A stretch of DNA of 53,530 nucleotides from a virus (Duplodnaviria; Caudoviricetes), in IMG/VR virus record IMGVR_UViG_3300035670_000278, positions 1 through 53,530 of that record; one strand, 5' to 3'. Each line of letters begins with the position of its first letter. Position 1 is the stretch's first letter. Positions 29,645 to 38,635 of the stretch are shown here, one piece after another. The notes beneath the pieces are model-generated. The model saw only the letters and a program-made list of their open reading frames with translations. It made no database searches and was not told where the DNA came from. The position numbers and the translations under genes are program-made.

Positions 29645-31953
29645 TATCCAACCTTCCATCCATAAGTGCTACCAGTATAAAGTAATGTATACCAGCCACC
29701 ATTTGTATCTATAATTAAATTTCCTGTTCCGCCATTTATTAAATTGCCATTACGATCTACTGTTATATTATACGTTGAAGCATTTCCAGAAGCATCTATG
29801 ATCTGAATTTCATCGTTAAGCGCAGGGGACGCAGGTAGCGTCAGAGTAAGCGCAGAAGACGATGTAACAAAATATCTTCTTCCTGTAGATAAATTTGTAT
29901 TTGTAGAAATAGATGTGGGGATTTCTGTTTTCTTTAAATTTAAATCAAACGCCTCTATGTCATTATCTGACTCTACCCAAATTTGCCCTACTTCTGGAGA
30001 TGTTGGGGCATCTGCTTGATATGTCGTTAGTGTAACTCCATCTTCTCCATCCGCCCCTGCTGGTCCTGCAGGACCCTGTTGCCCTGTAAATCCTGGAGAG
30101 AATTCAATCCAGAAACTATCATAATAAACATATGCTCTACCTGATACGGTGTTGTACCAAACCTGTCCAGTTAATGGATTTGCTGGAGGATTTTCTCCAG
30201 GCTGAAAATCTCCAGGAATACCTTGTGGTATTGAAAAATTAAATATAGCATCAGACGTTGTACCAACATTTTCAATTGTTGCTGATGATGAATATGATCC
30301 AGTTGTAACTGTGCCTACTGCAAGAGTAGATGCTCGACCAGTTTGTAACTCAAAATCAAATATAGCATCGCTAGAATCTCCGACATTTGTTACTGTTGAA
30401 GGATTACCAAAATCTACATCTACTACATCGCCAATTTGAATTGTAGATCTTGGACCTGCTGGAATTGTAAAATCAAATACGGCATCGCTAGTGTCGCCTG
30501 AATTTGTTACAACGGCTGGATTTCCATCTACTACTGTTGTTACTGTTCCTACGTTTATTGTTGCTGCCCGCCCTGCAGGAATTTCAAAATCAAATACTGC
30601 GTCGCTAGTTGTACCAGAATTTATTACAGTTGGAGGATTTCCATAAAGAACATCATCTACTGTACCAACTTGAATTGTAGCTGCTCTACCAGCAGGAATC
30701 TCAAAATCGAATATGGCATCACTGGAATCACCGCTATTTGTTACTGTTGGCGGATTCCCGTACAGAACATCATCAACTGTGCCTACCGTTATCGTTGAAG
30801 CACGGCCAGCTGGAATTTCAAAATTTAATATTGCATCTGTTGTTGTGCCAACATTTGTAATTGTTGGAGGGGCGCCAAATAGCACAGTAGTTACTGTGCC
30901 TACTGTCATTTCTCCAGTATCACCTTTATCGCCTTTTTCAATTACTAATTGCCAATTTGGAGTAGATGGAGCAGTTCCTGCTGGGCTGTTTATTTCATTT
31001 AATCTCCAGAGAGACCCTTGATATGTTACGCCATCGTTTTCAAGATAAGATACTCCTGAATCCCATGCGCCTAAATAATTTACAAATGCTGGGCCTTCTG
31101 GACCTGTTGGACCTGGAGCAACTGCTTCAATCCAAAATGAATCGTAATATACATATAGTTTTGCATTTACCGTATCAAACCATGCAGATCCTTCTACTGG
31201 TGTAGCTGGTGCGGTTGCAGATGCTGTAAATCCTCCACCTGTTCCGCCACCGCCACCACCTGAACCTGAAATTTCTACCCAGAAAGCACCATCATAAATA
31301 TAAAGAATTGCTGTATCTGAATCCAACCAAAGATCTCCGACATTAGGCTCTGCGGGAGGCGTAGCAGAAATATCAGCAGACGTTCCACCAGTTGATGTTA
31401 AAGCTAATCTTCCAGTTTCATCATCGTAGTCTACTGTTATATTTGTATGAGTAGCGCTTGTAAACATTAAAGCGGCGGTATCTTGAATCCGCTCATCAAT
31501 ATTTAATTGTTCATTAGGAACAAATCCATTCTCATCTAGAGAGGCTACACCATCTGGATTTCCTAAATCTGCAATTGGAATATATCCTGTAATTGCGTCT
31601 GTTAGAGTATTATTTAAAGAGGTAGTGGTTACAACATCTGGGCCAGTTTCAAAATTAAGCTTCCCATTTTCATCATCATATGTAACGACAACATTGGTCT
31701 CAACATTATCTGAAACCATTGCACCAACAATATCTTGAATTGCCTCTGTATCGACAGCGGCAGTTTCAAGGGTTCTAACCCTATAATCAAGGGTAGTGGT
31801 TACTGCCGAATTGTCTGCGCCTACTTTGGCCTGTAAGGCCTCAATGGCGTCATTGGCATCCGCATGCTGTTCGGCATGGCTAGGATTTGCAACCGAACTA
31901 TTTGAGGACGGGTTGGTAAAAGCGTCCAGACTAGCTGGAAAATTTGTTGCCAT
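29644..31953 (-). CDS. Long fibre protein with 39-aa repeats and collagen-like segments
   Basis: MATNFPASLD..NP...HA.QH.DANDAIEALQAKVG N-terminus; repeated P..G..W motifs; GXY triplets. Confidence 0.72.
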   Translation of the reverse strand: MATNFPASLDAFTNPSSNSSVANPSHAEQHADANDAIEALQAKVGADNSAVTTTLDYRVRTLETAAVDTEAIQDIVGAMVSDNVETNVVVTYDDENGKLNFETGPDVVTTTSLNNTLTDAITGYIPIADLGNPDGVASLDENGFVPNEQLNIDERIQDTAALMFTSATHTNITVDYDDETGRLALTSTGGTSADISATPPAEPNVGDLWLDSDTAILYIYDGAFWVEISGSGGGGGGTGGGFTASATAPATPVEGSAWFDTVNAKLYVYYDSFWIEAVAPGPTGPEGPAFVNYLGAWDSGVSYLENDGVTYQGSLWRLNEINSPAGTAPSTPNWQLVIEKGDKGDTGEMTVGTVTTVLFGAPPTITNVGTTTDAILNFEIPAGRASTITVGTVDDVLYGNPPTVTNSGDSSDAIFDFEIPAGRAATIQVGTVDDVLYGNPPTVINSGTTSDAVFDFEIPAGRAATINVGTVTTVVDGNPAVVTNSGDTSDAVFDFTIPAGPRSTIQIGDVVDVDFGNPSTVTNVGDSSDAIFDFELQTGRASTLAVGTVTTGSYSSSATIENVGTTSDAIFNFSIPQGIPGDFQPGENPPANPLTGQVWYNTVSGRAYVYYDSFWIEFSPGFTGQQGPAGPAGADGEDGVTLTTYQADAPTSPEVGQIWVESDNDIEAFDLNLKKTEIPTSISTNTNLSTGRRYFVTSSSALTLTLPASPALNDEIQIIDASGNASTYNITVDRNGNLINGGTGNLIIDTNGGWYTLLYTGSTYGWKVG
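30220..30910 (-). repeat. Six tandem ~117-bp coding repeats
   Basis: TI.VGTV..V..GNP.TVTNSG..SDA.FDFEIPAGRA. repeated six times; boundaries approximate. Confidence 0.8.
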
Positions 31954-32000
31954 ATGCTATATACTCCTACCCCCTAATTATACATCTAAATTCACTAAAA

Positions 32001-32708
32001 CTATCTGTATGGCTTATTCTGCCTTAAGTGATTTCTATAATAGCCATAGACTTCTTTTCTTTTATTATCAAAATCTTGGTGTCCTCTAGACCTACCTGTA
32101 TGATCTACTTCCATTTCCCATGGTTCCCTTTTTATAGGAATTATCTGATATATTGGGGTGCTTTTTTTTATTACACCGCTAAAACCCTCTTTGATATAAA
32201 ACCCAAGATTTCCTGGAGCTGTATATTTATCGTAATCTACTAAGCCTGACAGAGTAAAGAATGGTAGATCAGTTCTATTAACTGGGTGACAGACAAATGC
32301 TGACCAGCCTTCTGGCAAAATAGTTCCCCACCACATTTGCCAAAAATATGACCTATTGCTAAATCCTGGAGGAGAAGGAACTTCTTCTATAGACTTATCT
32401 TGTATTGGCTGTATTTCTGAATCCCATTTTAACACTGGAACTCCATTATATTGCTCTACTAAAATATCGCAATGCAACAAATACTGATATCCAGATACAG
32501 TAGCATCTAAGAAAGGCATACAATGCTTAAGGCCAAGGTTAGGGATCTCGTAGTCTCCTTGCTTTACAGTATTTAAAGTATTACTTTCTCCTAAAAACCT
32601 TTCGCTTATTTTCCAATATTCTGGAACATTTTTTGAAGAAGGAACTGGAGGCATTGTTAAATTTTCTGCTCTAATATCCCAAGAATAAAACTTTATCTTA
32701 TTACTCAT
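32001..32708 (-). CDS. dUTPase-fold-like (DUF6065-like) protein, paralog 5
   Basis: KHCMPFLDATVSGY, HPVNRTDLPFFTLSGLVDYDKY, GVIKKSTPIYQIIPIKR. Start ATG 32708 (MSNKIKF). Confidence 0.6.
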   Translation of the reverse strand: MSNKIKFYSWDIRAENLTMPPVPSSKNVPEYWKISERFLGESNTLNTVKQGDYEIPNLGLKHCMPFLDATVSGYQYLLHCDILVEQYNGVPVLKWDSEIQPIQDKSIEEVPSPPGFSNRSYFWQMWWGTILPEGWSAFVCHPVNRTDLPFFTLSGLVDYDKYTAPGNLGFYIKEGFSGVIKKSTPIYQIIPIKREPWEMEVDHTGRSRGHQDFDNKRKEVYGYYRNHLRQNKPYR

Positions 32709-33345
32709 ATTTAGTTCTCTCCCATATTTTATCTTTATATAAATTCTGTATTCTGCCACTTCCTGGCTTAAAAAATTCTATAGTTTCTGTATCTAATATT
32801 TTTTTACCAGAGACCCAATTTTCTCTTTTCAATGGTATTACTTGAAGATATGGAGTTCCTTTTTCTATTATTCCAGAGAATTCCTTTTTAATAAAAAACG
32901 GGAGATTACCTGGATGATGAGTTTTATCATTATTAATTATTCCCATAGTGTTTACAAATGGCAATCCTTGTCCGTTAAATGGAGTCATGTATAAAACATT
33001 ATATCCTTCTGGGACCTCTACTCCCCACTGAGGAAGCCAAGCAAAGTGTTCTTTGTGACATCCGTATGGAACCTCATATTCACTCATGGGAGATCTTTTT
33101 GTTATAAAATTTTTATACTCATCTTGTATTTTAAAGTCTATTCTTTCATTAGAAATATAAAACTCTATATCACACGGAGTAAGATATATATATCCAGAAT
33201 ACATTCCCTCAAAAAATGGCATACAATTTTTGTATGTGCTAGATCCATCTTTATGATATTTTTTTGCTTTTCTATACCATTCGGGTAATGCCTTTATTGC
33301 TGGTATTGGAAAATTATCATTATCTTTAAATGCAACAAAATTAAT
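32701..33345 (-). CDS. dUTPase-fold-like protein, paralog 6 (start codon anomalous)
   Basis: Homology extends about 41 codons upstream of track start 33222 (INFVAF...PIPAIKALPEWYRK...YKNCMPF) with no ATG/GTG/TTG; see findings. Confidence 0.55.
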   Translation of the reverse strand: MNFVAFKDNDNFPIPAIKALPEWYRKAKKYHKDGSSTYKNCMPFFEGMYSGYIYLTPCDIEFYISNERIDFKIQDEYKNFITKRSPMSEYEVPYGCHKEHFAWLPQWGVEVPEGYNVLYMTPFNGQGLPFVNTMGIINNDKTHHPGNLPFFIKKEFSGIIEKGTPYLQVIPLKRENWVSGKKILDTETIEFFKPGSGRIQNLYKDKIWERTKYE

Positions 33346-33346
33346 A

Positions 33347-34363
33347 TTATTGATTTTTTGTCACATCCATTTCATACATTTGTTTAGCCAAAAAGTTCCT
33401 GTCATAATTATTTTTGACATAATCATAAATATTTTTATATACTTCTTCATGATTAATTCCAGCAGCCGCCTCATATTCTTTAAGAAGCTCTATGCTTGGA
33501 GCTCCATATATTCCAATTTCTTTGCCAAGTAGAATATCTTTACATCTAATAGCTCCCCTTACTATTCTGTCAAAATAACTCTCGCCATTTTTATCTACTC
33601 TAAAAGATTTTTTTCTCCATGATTTTTCGTCAACTACTCCATGGTACATTTCTCTTGTCCACAAAATATCTTTATTGATCGCAAATATCCTATATCCTCT
33701 AGTCCATGCCCTCATGGCTGTAGTATTTTCTTCATGATAAGTGATATATGGATCAAATGGGACTTCTTTTAAATAAGAAGATTCTGCAAAAAGTAGATGT
33801 GCTCCTATTAAGTAATGTTCTTCGTATAAATCTTTTACCTGATCTCCCCATGTTGGCGTTGGCATTATATAAAAATCATTATTTAATTCATCGTTTTCTT
33901 TAAACTTTAACTTATAAATTGGCATTTCTTCATCCATGCTATTATTTTTATTTTGATTAAAAAACATACCATTAGAATCTCTATACCAGTATGGAGAATA
34001 AGTGCTTATTATTGGCTTGTCAAAATTTTCTTTTAATATAGAGTGATACTCTAATAAATTTTTATCCCAATCTTTTTTAAATACCGTATGGCAGTCTATT
34101 GATAAAAAATATGACTCATCTTCAATAAGTTCTGCAGCTGGTATTCTGCTTGGACTAGTCCCTATAGGATAATCTATATCTATAACTGAAGTTCTAACAT
34201 TTTTATACTTAGAAAAATCTGGCATTGGAAGATCTGGATACTGTAAGGCTATGCCAAAATATACATCTTCTGGATTAGCCGCTCTATCAAATGCAGTACT
34301 TAATGTTATATCTAAATCCGTATCATTATAGGCAGAAGTGCATATAAATATCTTTTTGTTCAC
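33347..34363 (-). CDS. Glycosyltransferase resembling Skp1-hydroxyproline GlcNAc transferase (GT60/GT-A fold)
   Basis: KIFI..SAY.D..L..T...AF..A.NP..VYFGI..Q, G....R, YFLSIDCHTVF.KDWD..L, KPIISTY, VPFDP.I...EE....RAWT.GY. Confidence 0.72.
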   Translation of the reverse strand: MNKKIFICTSAYNDTDLDITLSTAFDRAANPEDVYFGIALQYPDLPMPDFSKYKNVRTSVIDIDYPIGTSPSRIPAAELIEDESYFLSIDCHTVFKKDWDKNLLEYHSILKENFDKPIISTYSPYWYRDSNGMFFNQNKNNSMDEEMPIYKLKFKENDELNNDFYIMPTPTWGDQVKDLYEEHYLIGAHLLFAESSYLKEVPFDPYITYHEENTTAMRAWTRGYRIFAINKDILWTREMYHGVVDEKSWRKKSFRVDKNGESYFDRIVRGAIRCKDILLGKEIGIYGAPSIELLKEYEAAAGINHEEVYKNIYDYVKNNYDRNFLAKQMYEMDVTKNQ

Positions 34364-34366
34364 AGT

Positions 34367-34594
34367 TTACCATTTGCCTATCGGACAAGAGGCTGCTTTT
34401 AATTTAGTTTTTCCAGTCATAAAGCAACCACATAACTTACATTGACTTGTTAATTTAATAAGTTCTGGACATTGTAAGCAAATATCATATCTATTTTTTT
34501 CTATAGATTCTTCTACGTAATTATTTTTATTTAACAAATCCCACGGTCTTGAGTCTCCAAGATTTTTTTTCCACTCTTGCCAAGCTGAAGACAC
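34367..34594 (-). CDS. Small Cys-rich protein (CxxC...CxxCGC...CPxxKW)
   Basis: 75 aa; RYDICLQC...QCKLCGCFM..K......SCPIGKW. Confidence 0.7.
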   Translation of the reverse strand: MSSAWQEWKKNLGDSRPWDLLNKNNYVEESIEKNRYDICLQCPELIKLTSQCKLCGCFMTGKTKLKAASCPIGKW

Positions 34595-34597
34595 TTT

Positions 34598-34801
34598 TTA
34601 CTCCTGCTCTAAAATAAAATTAATTCCGTCCCACTTCCAGCCAAATGCTACTGGTTGATCTGTTGTAATAGGTACGATTTTTGGATCTGAGTCATATGCC
34701 GCAACAAATCTAGGAATTGATGTGGCAGGATTTGATGTATCAATAGATATAGTTCCAGCCACATCTCCATCTACAACTACTGCCCATTTTCTTATAGTCA
34801 T
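34598..34801 (-). CDS. Small hypothetical (possible fibre chaperone)
   Basis: 67 aa, AVVVDGDV...GWKWDG.NF; AGGAG SD. Confidence 0.6.
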   Translation of the reverse strand: MTIRKWAVVVDGDVAGTISIDTSNPATSIPRFVAAYDSDPKIVPITTDQPVAFGWKWDGINFILEQE

Positions 34802-34853
34802 TTTTTTTCTCCTTATTATTATTATACTATTTTTATAGATATCTTGTCAATAA

Positions 34854-35459
34854 TTAACAGAATACTTGTCCAAAATCACAGAAACAATTACAGCAGTCAT
34901 ATGAAACTCCTCCGCATGGGGCACATTGACATGGTGGAGCATGATATACAGATGGCGCATGGTATGGCGCATGATATGGCGCATGATATGGCGCATGGTA
35001 TGGCGCATGGTACGGCGCATGATATACAGGCGCATGATATGGCGCATGATATACAGGCGCATGATATGGTGCATGATATACAGGCGCATGATATGGCGCA
35101 TGATATACAGATGGCGCATGGTACGGCGCATGGTATGGCGCATGATATACAGATGGCGCATGGTACGGCGCATGGTACGGCGCATGATATACAGATGGCG
35201 CATGGTATGGCGCATGATATGGAGCTACATAATTATAGTAAACAAATGACACTGTATCTCCAATTAGGACAACATTGCTTGCCGCAGTTCCTTGAGATTG
35301 AACTTGATTTGATAATCCAGAGTTAGATGTATTTGTTGTAGACTCGGAATAATTTAATCCGACAGCATTTAATGCAGATTGACCAGCTGATCTAGAAAGT
35401 CCAATTATATTTGGAACATTTACTTTACGTCTGCCATGCCTGCCAAAAAGTCTAGCCAT
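34854..35459 (-). CDS. PASTA-like domain + (YHAP)21 repeat + Cys-rich tail protein
   Basis: VPNIIGLS...AQ.AL..VGL...V.SQ....G..V PASTA pattern; 21 YHAP units; 8 Cys in the last 25 aa. Confidence 0.75.
   Translation of the reverse strand: MARLFGRHGRRKVNVPNIIGLSRSAGQSALNAVGLNYSESTTNTSNSGLSNQVQSQGTAASNVVLIGDTVSFVYYNYVAPYHAPYHAPSVYHAPYHAPYHAPSVYHAPYHAPYHAPSVYHAPYHAPVYHAPYHAPVYHAPYHAPVYHAPYHAPYHAPYHAPYHAPYHAPSVYHAPPCQCAPCGGVSYDCCNCFCDFGQVFC
34935..35219 (-). repeat. 12-bp coding tandem repeat (TAYCATGCDCCD) with 3/6-bp spacers
   Basis: 285 bp; groups of 2,3,3,2,2,2,6,1 units separated by SV or V codons. Confidence 0.95.
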
Positions 35460-35460
35460 G

Positions 35461-36915
35461 TCATGCGCTCAAATCGCCCATTACAACCCAGCTGTTTAGG
35501 GATCTTTTAACTAATGTGGCGGAACTCCATTGTTGTCTTAATTTTAACCCAGGCGTAGCATTTGGCGTAAATCCAGATCCTTGAATTGTTACTTGAGAGC
35601 TACCTGTTTGTAAAACATCACAAGTAAATCCTATTGGGAATGCAGTTGAATCTGCTATTGTTAAAAATCCGCCGCCTGACATTTCTATTAATCTTCCAGA
35701 ATCTGAAGTTGTTACAGTATATCCAGAACTTTGAGGATTAAAAACAACATTATCTGTTCTTACAAGCACTGCTCCAGCCATCGATGAATGAAATTGGCAG
35801 GCATAGTATAAATTGTCTGGGGCATTTTGAGGAAGCTCTACAATTATATGCCCAACTTGAGTTCCATTTCCAGTAATTCCAGTGCTATAAACATTTCCTG
35901 AAGAATATGCACCTGAAACAGTTTGAATCCAAAACGGGTGTCCTGAAGCATTTATATGAATTCTATATTTTTTACCTTTTACAAATTCTATAGGACCATT
36001 TGCTACACCATTTACTGTATATGATCCAGAACCGCTATTAGTTATATAGTAATCAATTGAAGGGTCTGTTAAAGATAATTTTAAATCTAGCGCTGTTTGT
36101 GTGGCGGTAGAAACAGGCTTATTCGCATCTGATGTATTATCAACATCCCCTAATCCAACCATTGATTTTGTAATTCCGCCCACTGTTCCTGTAAATGTTG
36201 GTGATGCTATCGGAGCATATGTAGTAGATGCATTTGTTTGAGTTAAATATGTAGATGCAGCTGTAGTTGAATCTAGTTTATTACCAAGAGCAGTAGATAT
36301 TGTTGTAGCGTAATTAGGATCGTCTCCTAATGCTGCCGCCAATTCATTTAAAGTATCTAGAGTTTGTGGAGCAGCATCAACAAGATTTGATATTGCTGTT
36401 GTTACGTATGTTTCTGTAGCATATCCTGTTAAGCTTGGTATAGTTGGCTTATCTGTAAGATCATCATATGATCCACTAAAAAGCTCTGAATCTCTTGCTA
36501 TTGTAGATGGAATATATTCATCTGGTATTAATGAATTTTCATCAAGTGGAGCAACTCCGTCAGCATTTCCAACATCTGCTAATGGAACATAATCTCCCAA
36601 ACTATTTCCAAGGTCTGAAGATGTAACGACATCTGGACCAGTAGATAAAGTTATTTTGTTATTGCTATCATCATAAGTAACTACTATGTTTGAATGATCT
36701 TGGTGATTAAAAGCCGATGCGATTGCATCTTGAGCTAATTCATCTACCTGTGATGCAGATAATGTTAGTCCTGAAAGAGAGTTCCATAAAGCAGTTCCAT
36801 TTCCTACTTTAAGAATATTATTGCTTGTATCTAAACCAAGCTCTCCAGAAAGAAGTGGTGTTGCAGAATTTGTCCATTGCGTAGCTGTTCCACGCTTGAT
36901 TAATATTTTTGTCAC
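35461..36915 (-). CDS. Fibre protein with Mtd-like N-terminus and cupredoxin-like domain
   Basis: KRGTA.QW....P.L.SGELGLDT....KVGNG...W; PQTLDTLNELAAALGDD; GHPFWI...YYACQFHSSM. Confidence 0.7.
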   Translation of the reverse strand: MTKILIKRGTATQWTNSATPLLSGELGLDTSNNILKVGNGTALWNSLSGLTLSASQVDELAQDAIASAFNHQDHSNIVVTYDDSNNKITLSTGPDVVTSSDLGNSLGDYVPLADVGNADGVAPLDENSLIPDEYIPSTIARDSELFSGSYDDLTDKPTIPSLTGYATETYVTTAISNLVDAAPQTLDTLNELAAALGDDPNYATTISTALGNKLDSTTAASTYLTQTNASTTYAPIASPTFTGTVGGITKSMVGLGDVDNTSDANKPVSTATQTALDLKLSLTDPSIDYYITNSGSGSYTVNGVANGPIEFVKGKKYRIHINASGHPFWIQTVSGAYSSGNVYSTGITGNGTQVGHIIVELPQNAPDNLYYACQFHSSMAGAVLVRTDNVVFNPQSSGYTVTTSDSGRLIEMSGGGFLTIADSTAFPIGFTCDVLQTGSSQVTIQGSGFTPNATPGLKLRQQWSSATLVKRSLNSWVVMGDLSA

Positions 36916-37163
36916 GGAGTACCGCCATCAATTATTCCAGAACTAGGAACAGTTACTGATTCTACTGAATAGATATCTCCATCATAGGTATGAACATGAT
37001 CCAAAATACCAGTTATTGCTCCAGCAACTGGAGCCCAGACAGATCCGTTATAAAACCTTAATTCGTTTGCCGTAGTATTGAAATAAAGTTCACCAATTCT
37101 AGATCCAATTGGATCAGATGCTAATGCAACGGCATGTAAAGGAACTAATCGCTGTACTGACAT
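36912..37163 (-). CDS. Small virion protein
   Basis: GELYFNT...LRFYNGSVW motif. Confidence 0.6.
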   Translation of the reverse strand: MSVQRLVPLHAVALASDPIGSRIGELYFNTTANELRFYNGSVWAPVAGAITGILDHVHTYDGDIYSVESVTVPSSGIIDGGTP

Positions 37164-37173
37164 TCAGCTCCTC

Positions 37174-38622
37174 CTAGCCTACGATAACGACTCTAAATTG
37201 ATCCTGTGTAGGGGTTACTGAGAATCCAATCGTTGCTGTATTTGCACCAGCAAGAGTTACATCTGCTTCTACAAGTTCTGTTCCTTGAAATACTTGAACA
37301 TTTACCCATTGATTGTTTAGATTGTGTGTTACTGTAATTGGATTTGTAGATCCATCACCAATTAAAGATGTATATTTACGAGCAACTATTGCAGCATCTA
37401 CTTGAATGCTATCTGCATTTACAGTAATTCCGCCACCGACAACAGAGCCGATGTTAAACTCTGTGCCGCTTAGTGCAAGACCAGCGCCAGCAGTAAATGT
37501 ACCTACACCAGAGAATTGAAGCCATTGTACAGCATCTGTTCCAACTGTATCTACTTCATTCTCTTGTACCCAGCCAGTGCTGTTGTATAAAGTTCCGTTT
37601 TCTACGAATACGAAATCTCCACCATGCATTTCTATGGCTGTATTAAAATCATCAGCTCTTGTCAATACCGTTGAGCTTGTGTATACATAAATACCATTAT
37701 GTGCTGCAGTAGATTCATTCTTAACAAGAATTCTATCTCCAGTATTTAGAGTGTGACCGTCTAATACTGTTAGAGGATTTTCTAAAGTAAGTGTTGCTCC
37801 TACTCCAGCGGTTCCGTTATCATAAGTTACAAGTCCATCAGAAGTAAGAGATGTTAGGCTTGCTGTTGTTGCTACATGTGCTGCTTCATGAACATGAAGT
37901 CCTTGTGCAACTGCATCAACATATCGCTTATTAGCTGCATCTGTGTCTGCGGTTGGATCTGCAAGTTCTGTGATCTTATTACCATTTGCATCAATACTGT
38001 TTGCAAATGCTACTAGGTTTACATGACCATCTGTTACACTAAATGCCGTTTCATTGAAAGATGCAATACCTTTATTTGTAGAACTTGCATTTTCTCCAGC
38101 GATTGTAATTGTATTATCAGAAATTGTTACATCTACGCCTTCACCACCAAGAATGCTTAGATCTTCTGTAAGAAGGTTAATTGCACCTGTTGCTCCGCCA
38201 TCTACAATTAAATCAAGCGTAGTAGCGACATCTACTTCACCAGCTGCAGTCAAACGACCTTGTGCATCTACTGTAAATGTTGGGATCTTTGTTTGAGATC
38301 CATAAGATGCTGCTGTTACTGTTGTATTATCTAAATCTAAAGTTGTGATTCCTGTTGAATCAACATATGTTGCTGTTAAGCCTGTTCCGCCAGAAACAGA
38401 AGCGCCAATTACATCTTGGATAACCTCTGTTGAACCAGACATTGGCATCCATGGACCATCTGGTGCAGACAATCCATTGTAGTAGTACATGATATTGTCT
38501 GATGTGTTGTAGTAAATCTGTCCAGTAACTGGAGCAGATGGGGCATTTGTAAGCCCTTGAATTCTGGCATTCTGAAGCTCATTCTTGTTCAGATTAATGT
38601 CAGTTACAAATAATCTTGCCAT
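37174..38622 (-). CDS. Virion/baseplate fibre-like structural protein
   Basis: DAANKRYVD, GDRILVKNE....NGIY, LTRADD, GDFVFVENG motifs; VTHNL C-terminus. Confidence 0.65.
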   Translation of the reverse strand: MARLFVTDINLNKNELQNARIQGLTNAPSAPVTGQIYYNTSDNIMYYYNGLSAPDGPWMPMSGSTEVIQDVIGASVSGGTGLTATYVDSTGITTLDLDNTTVTAASYGSQTKIPTFTVDAQGRLTAAGEVDVATTLDLIVDGGATGAINLLTEDLSILGGEGVDVTISDNTITIAGENASSTNKGIASFNETAFSVTDGHVNLVAFANSIDANGNKITELADPTADTDAANKRYVDAVAQGLHVHEAAHVATTASLTSLTSDGLVTYDNGTAGVGATLTLENPLTVLDGHTLNTGDRILVKNESTAAHNGIYVYTSSTVLTRADDFNTAIEMHGGDFVFVENGTLYNSTGWVQENEVDTVGTDAVQWLQFSGVGTFTAGAGLALSGTEFNIGSVVGGGITVNADSIQVDAAIVARKYTSLIGDGSTNPITVTHNLNNQWVNVQVFQGTELVEADVTLAGANTATIGFSVTPTQDQFRVVIVG

Positions 38623-38635
38623 TTTCTAATCTCCC

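Noticed and set aside
33361-33363. Genome-wide TGA recoding
   Set aside because: TGA ends several well-formed genes (e.g. 9745, 35461, 44853), and long ORFs are intact in the standard code.
34844-35326. Tandem repeat as CRISPR array; alternative-frame repeat ORFs (34844..35326, 34847..35215, 34926..35249)
   Set aside because: Units are 12 bp with no unique spacers, and variation falls at wobble positions of the YHAP frame. The other frames are shadows.
35461-36915. Diversity-generating retroelement suggested by the Mtd-like N-terminus and duplicated fibres
   Set aside because: No reverse transcriptase in the window, and paralog differences are synonymous-type rather than adenine-specific.
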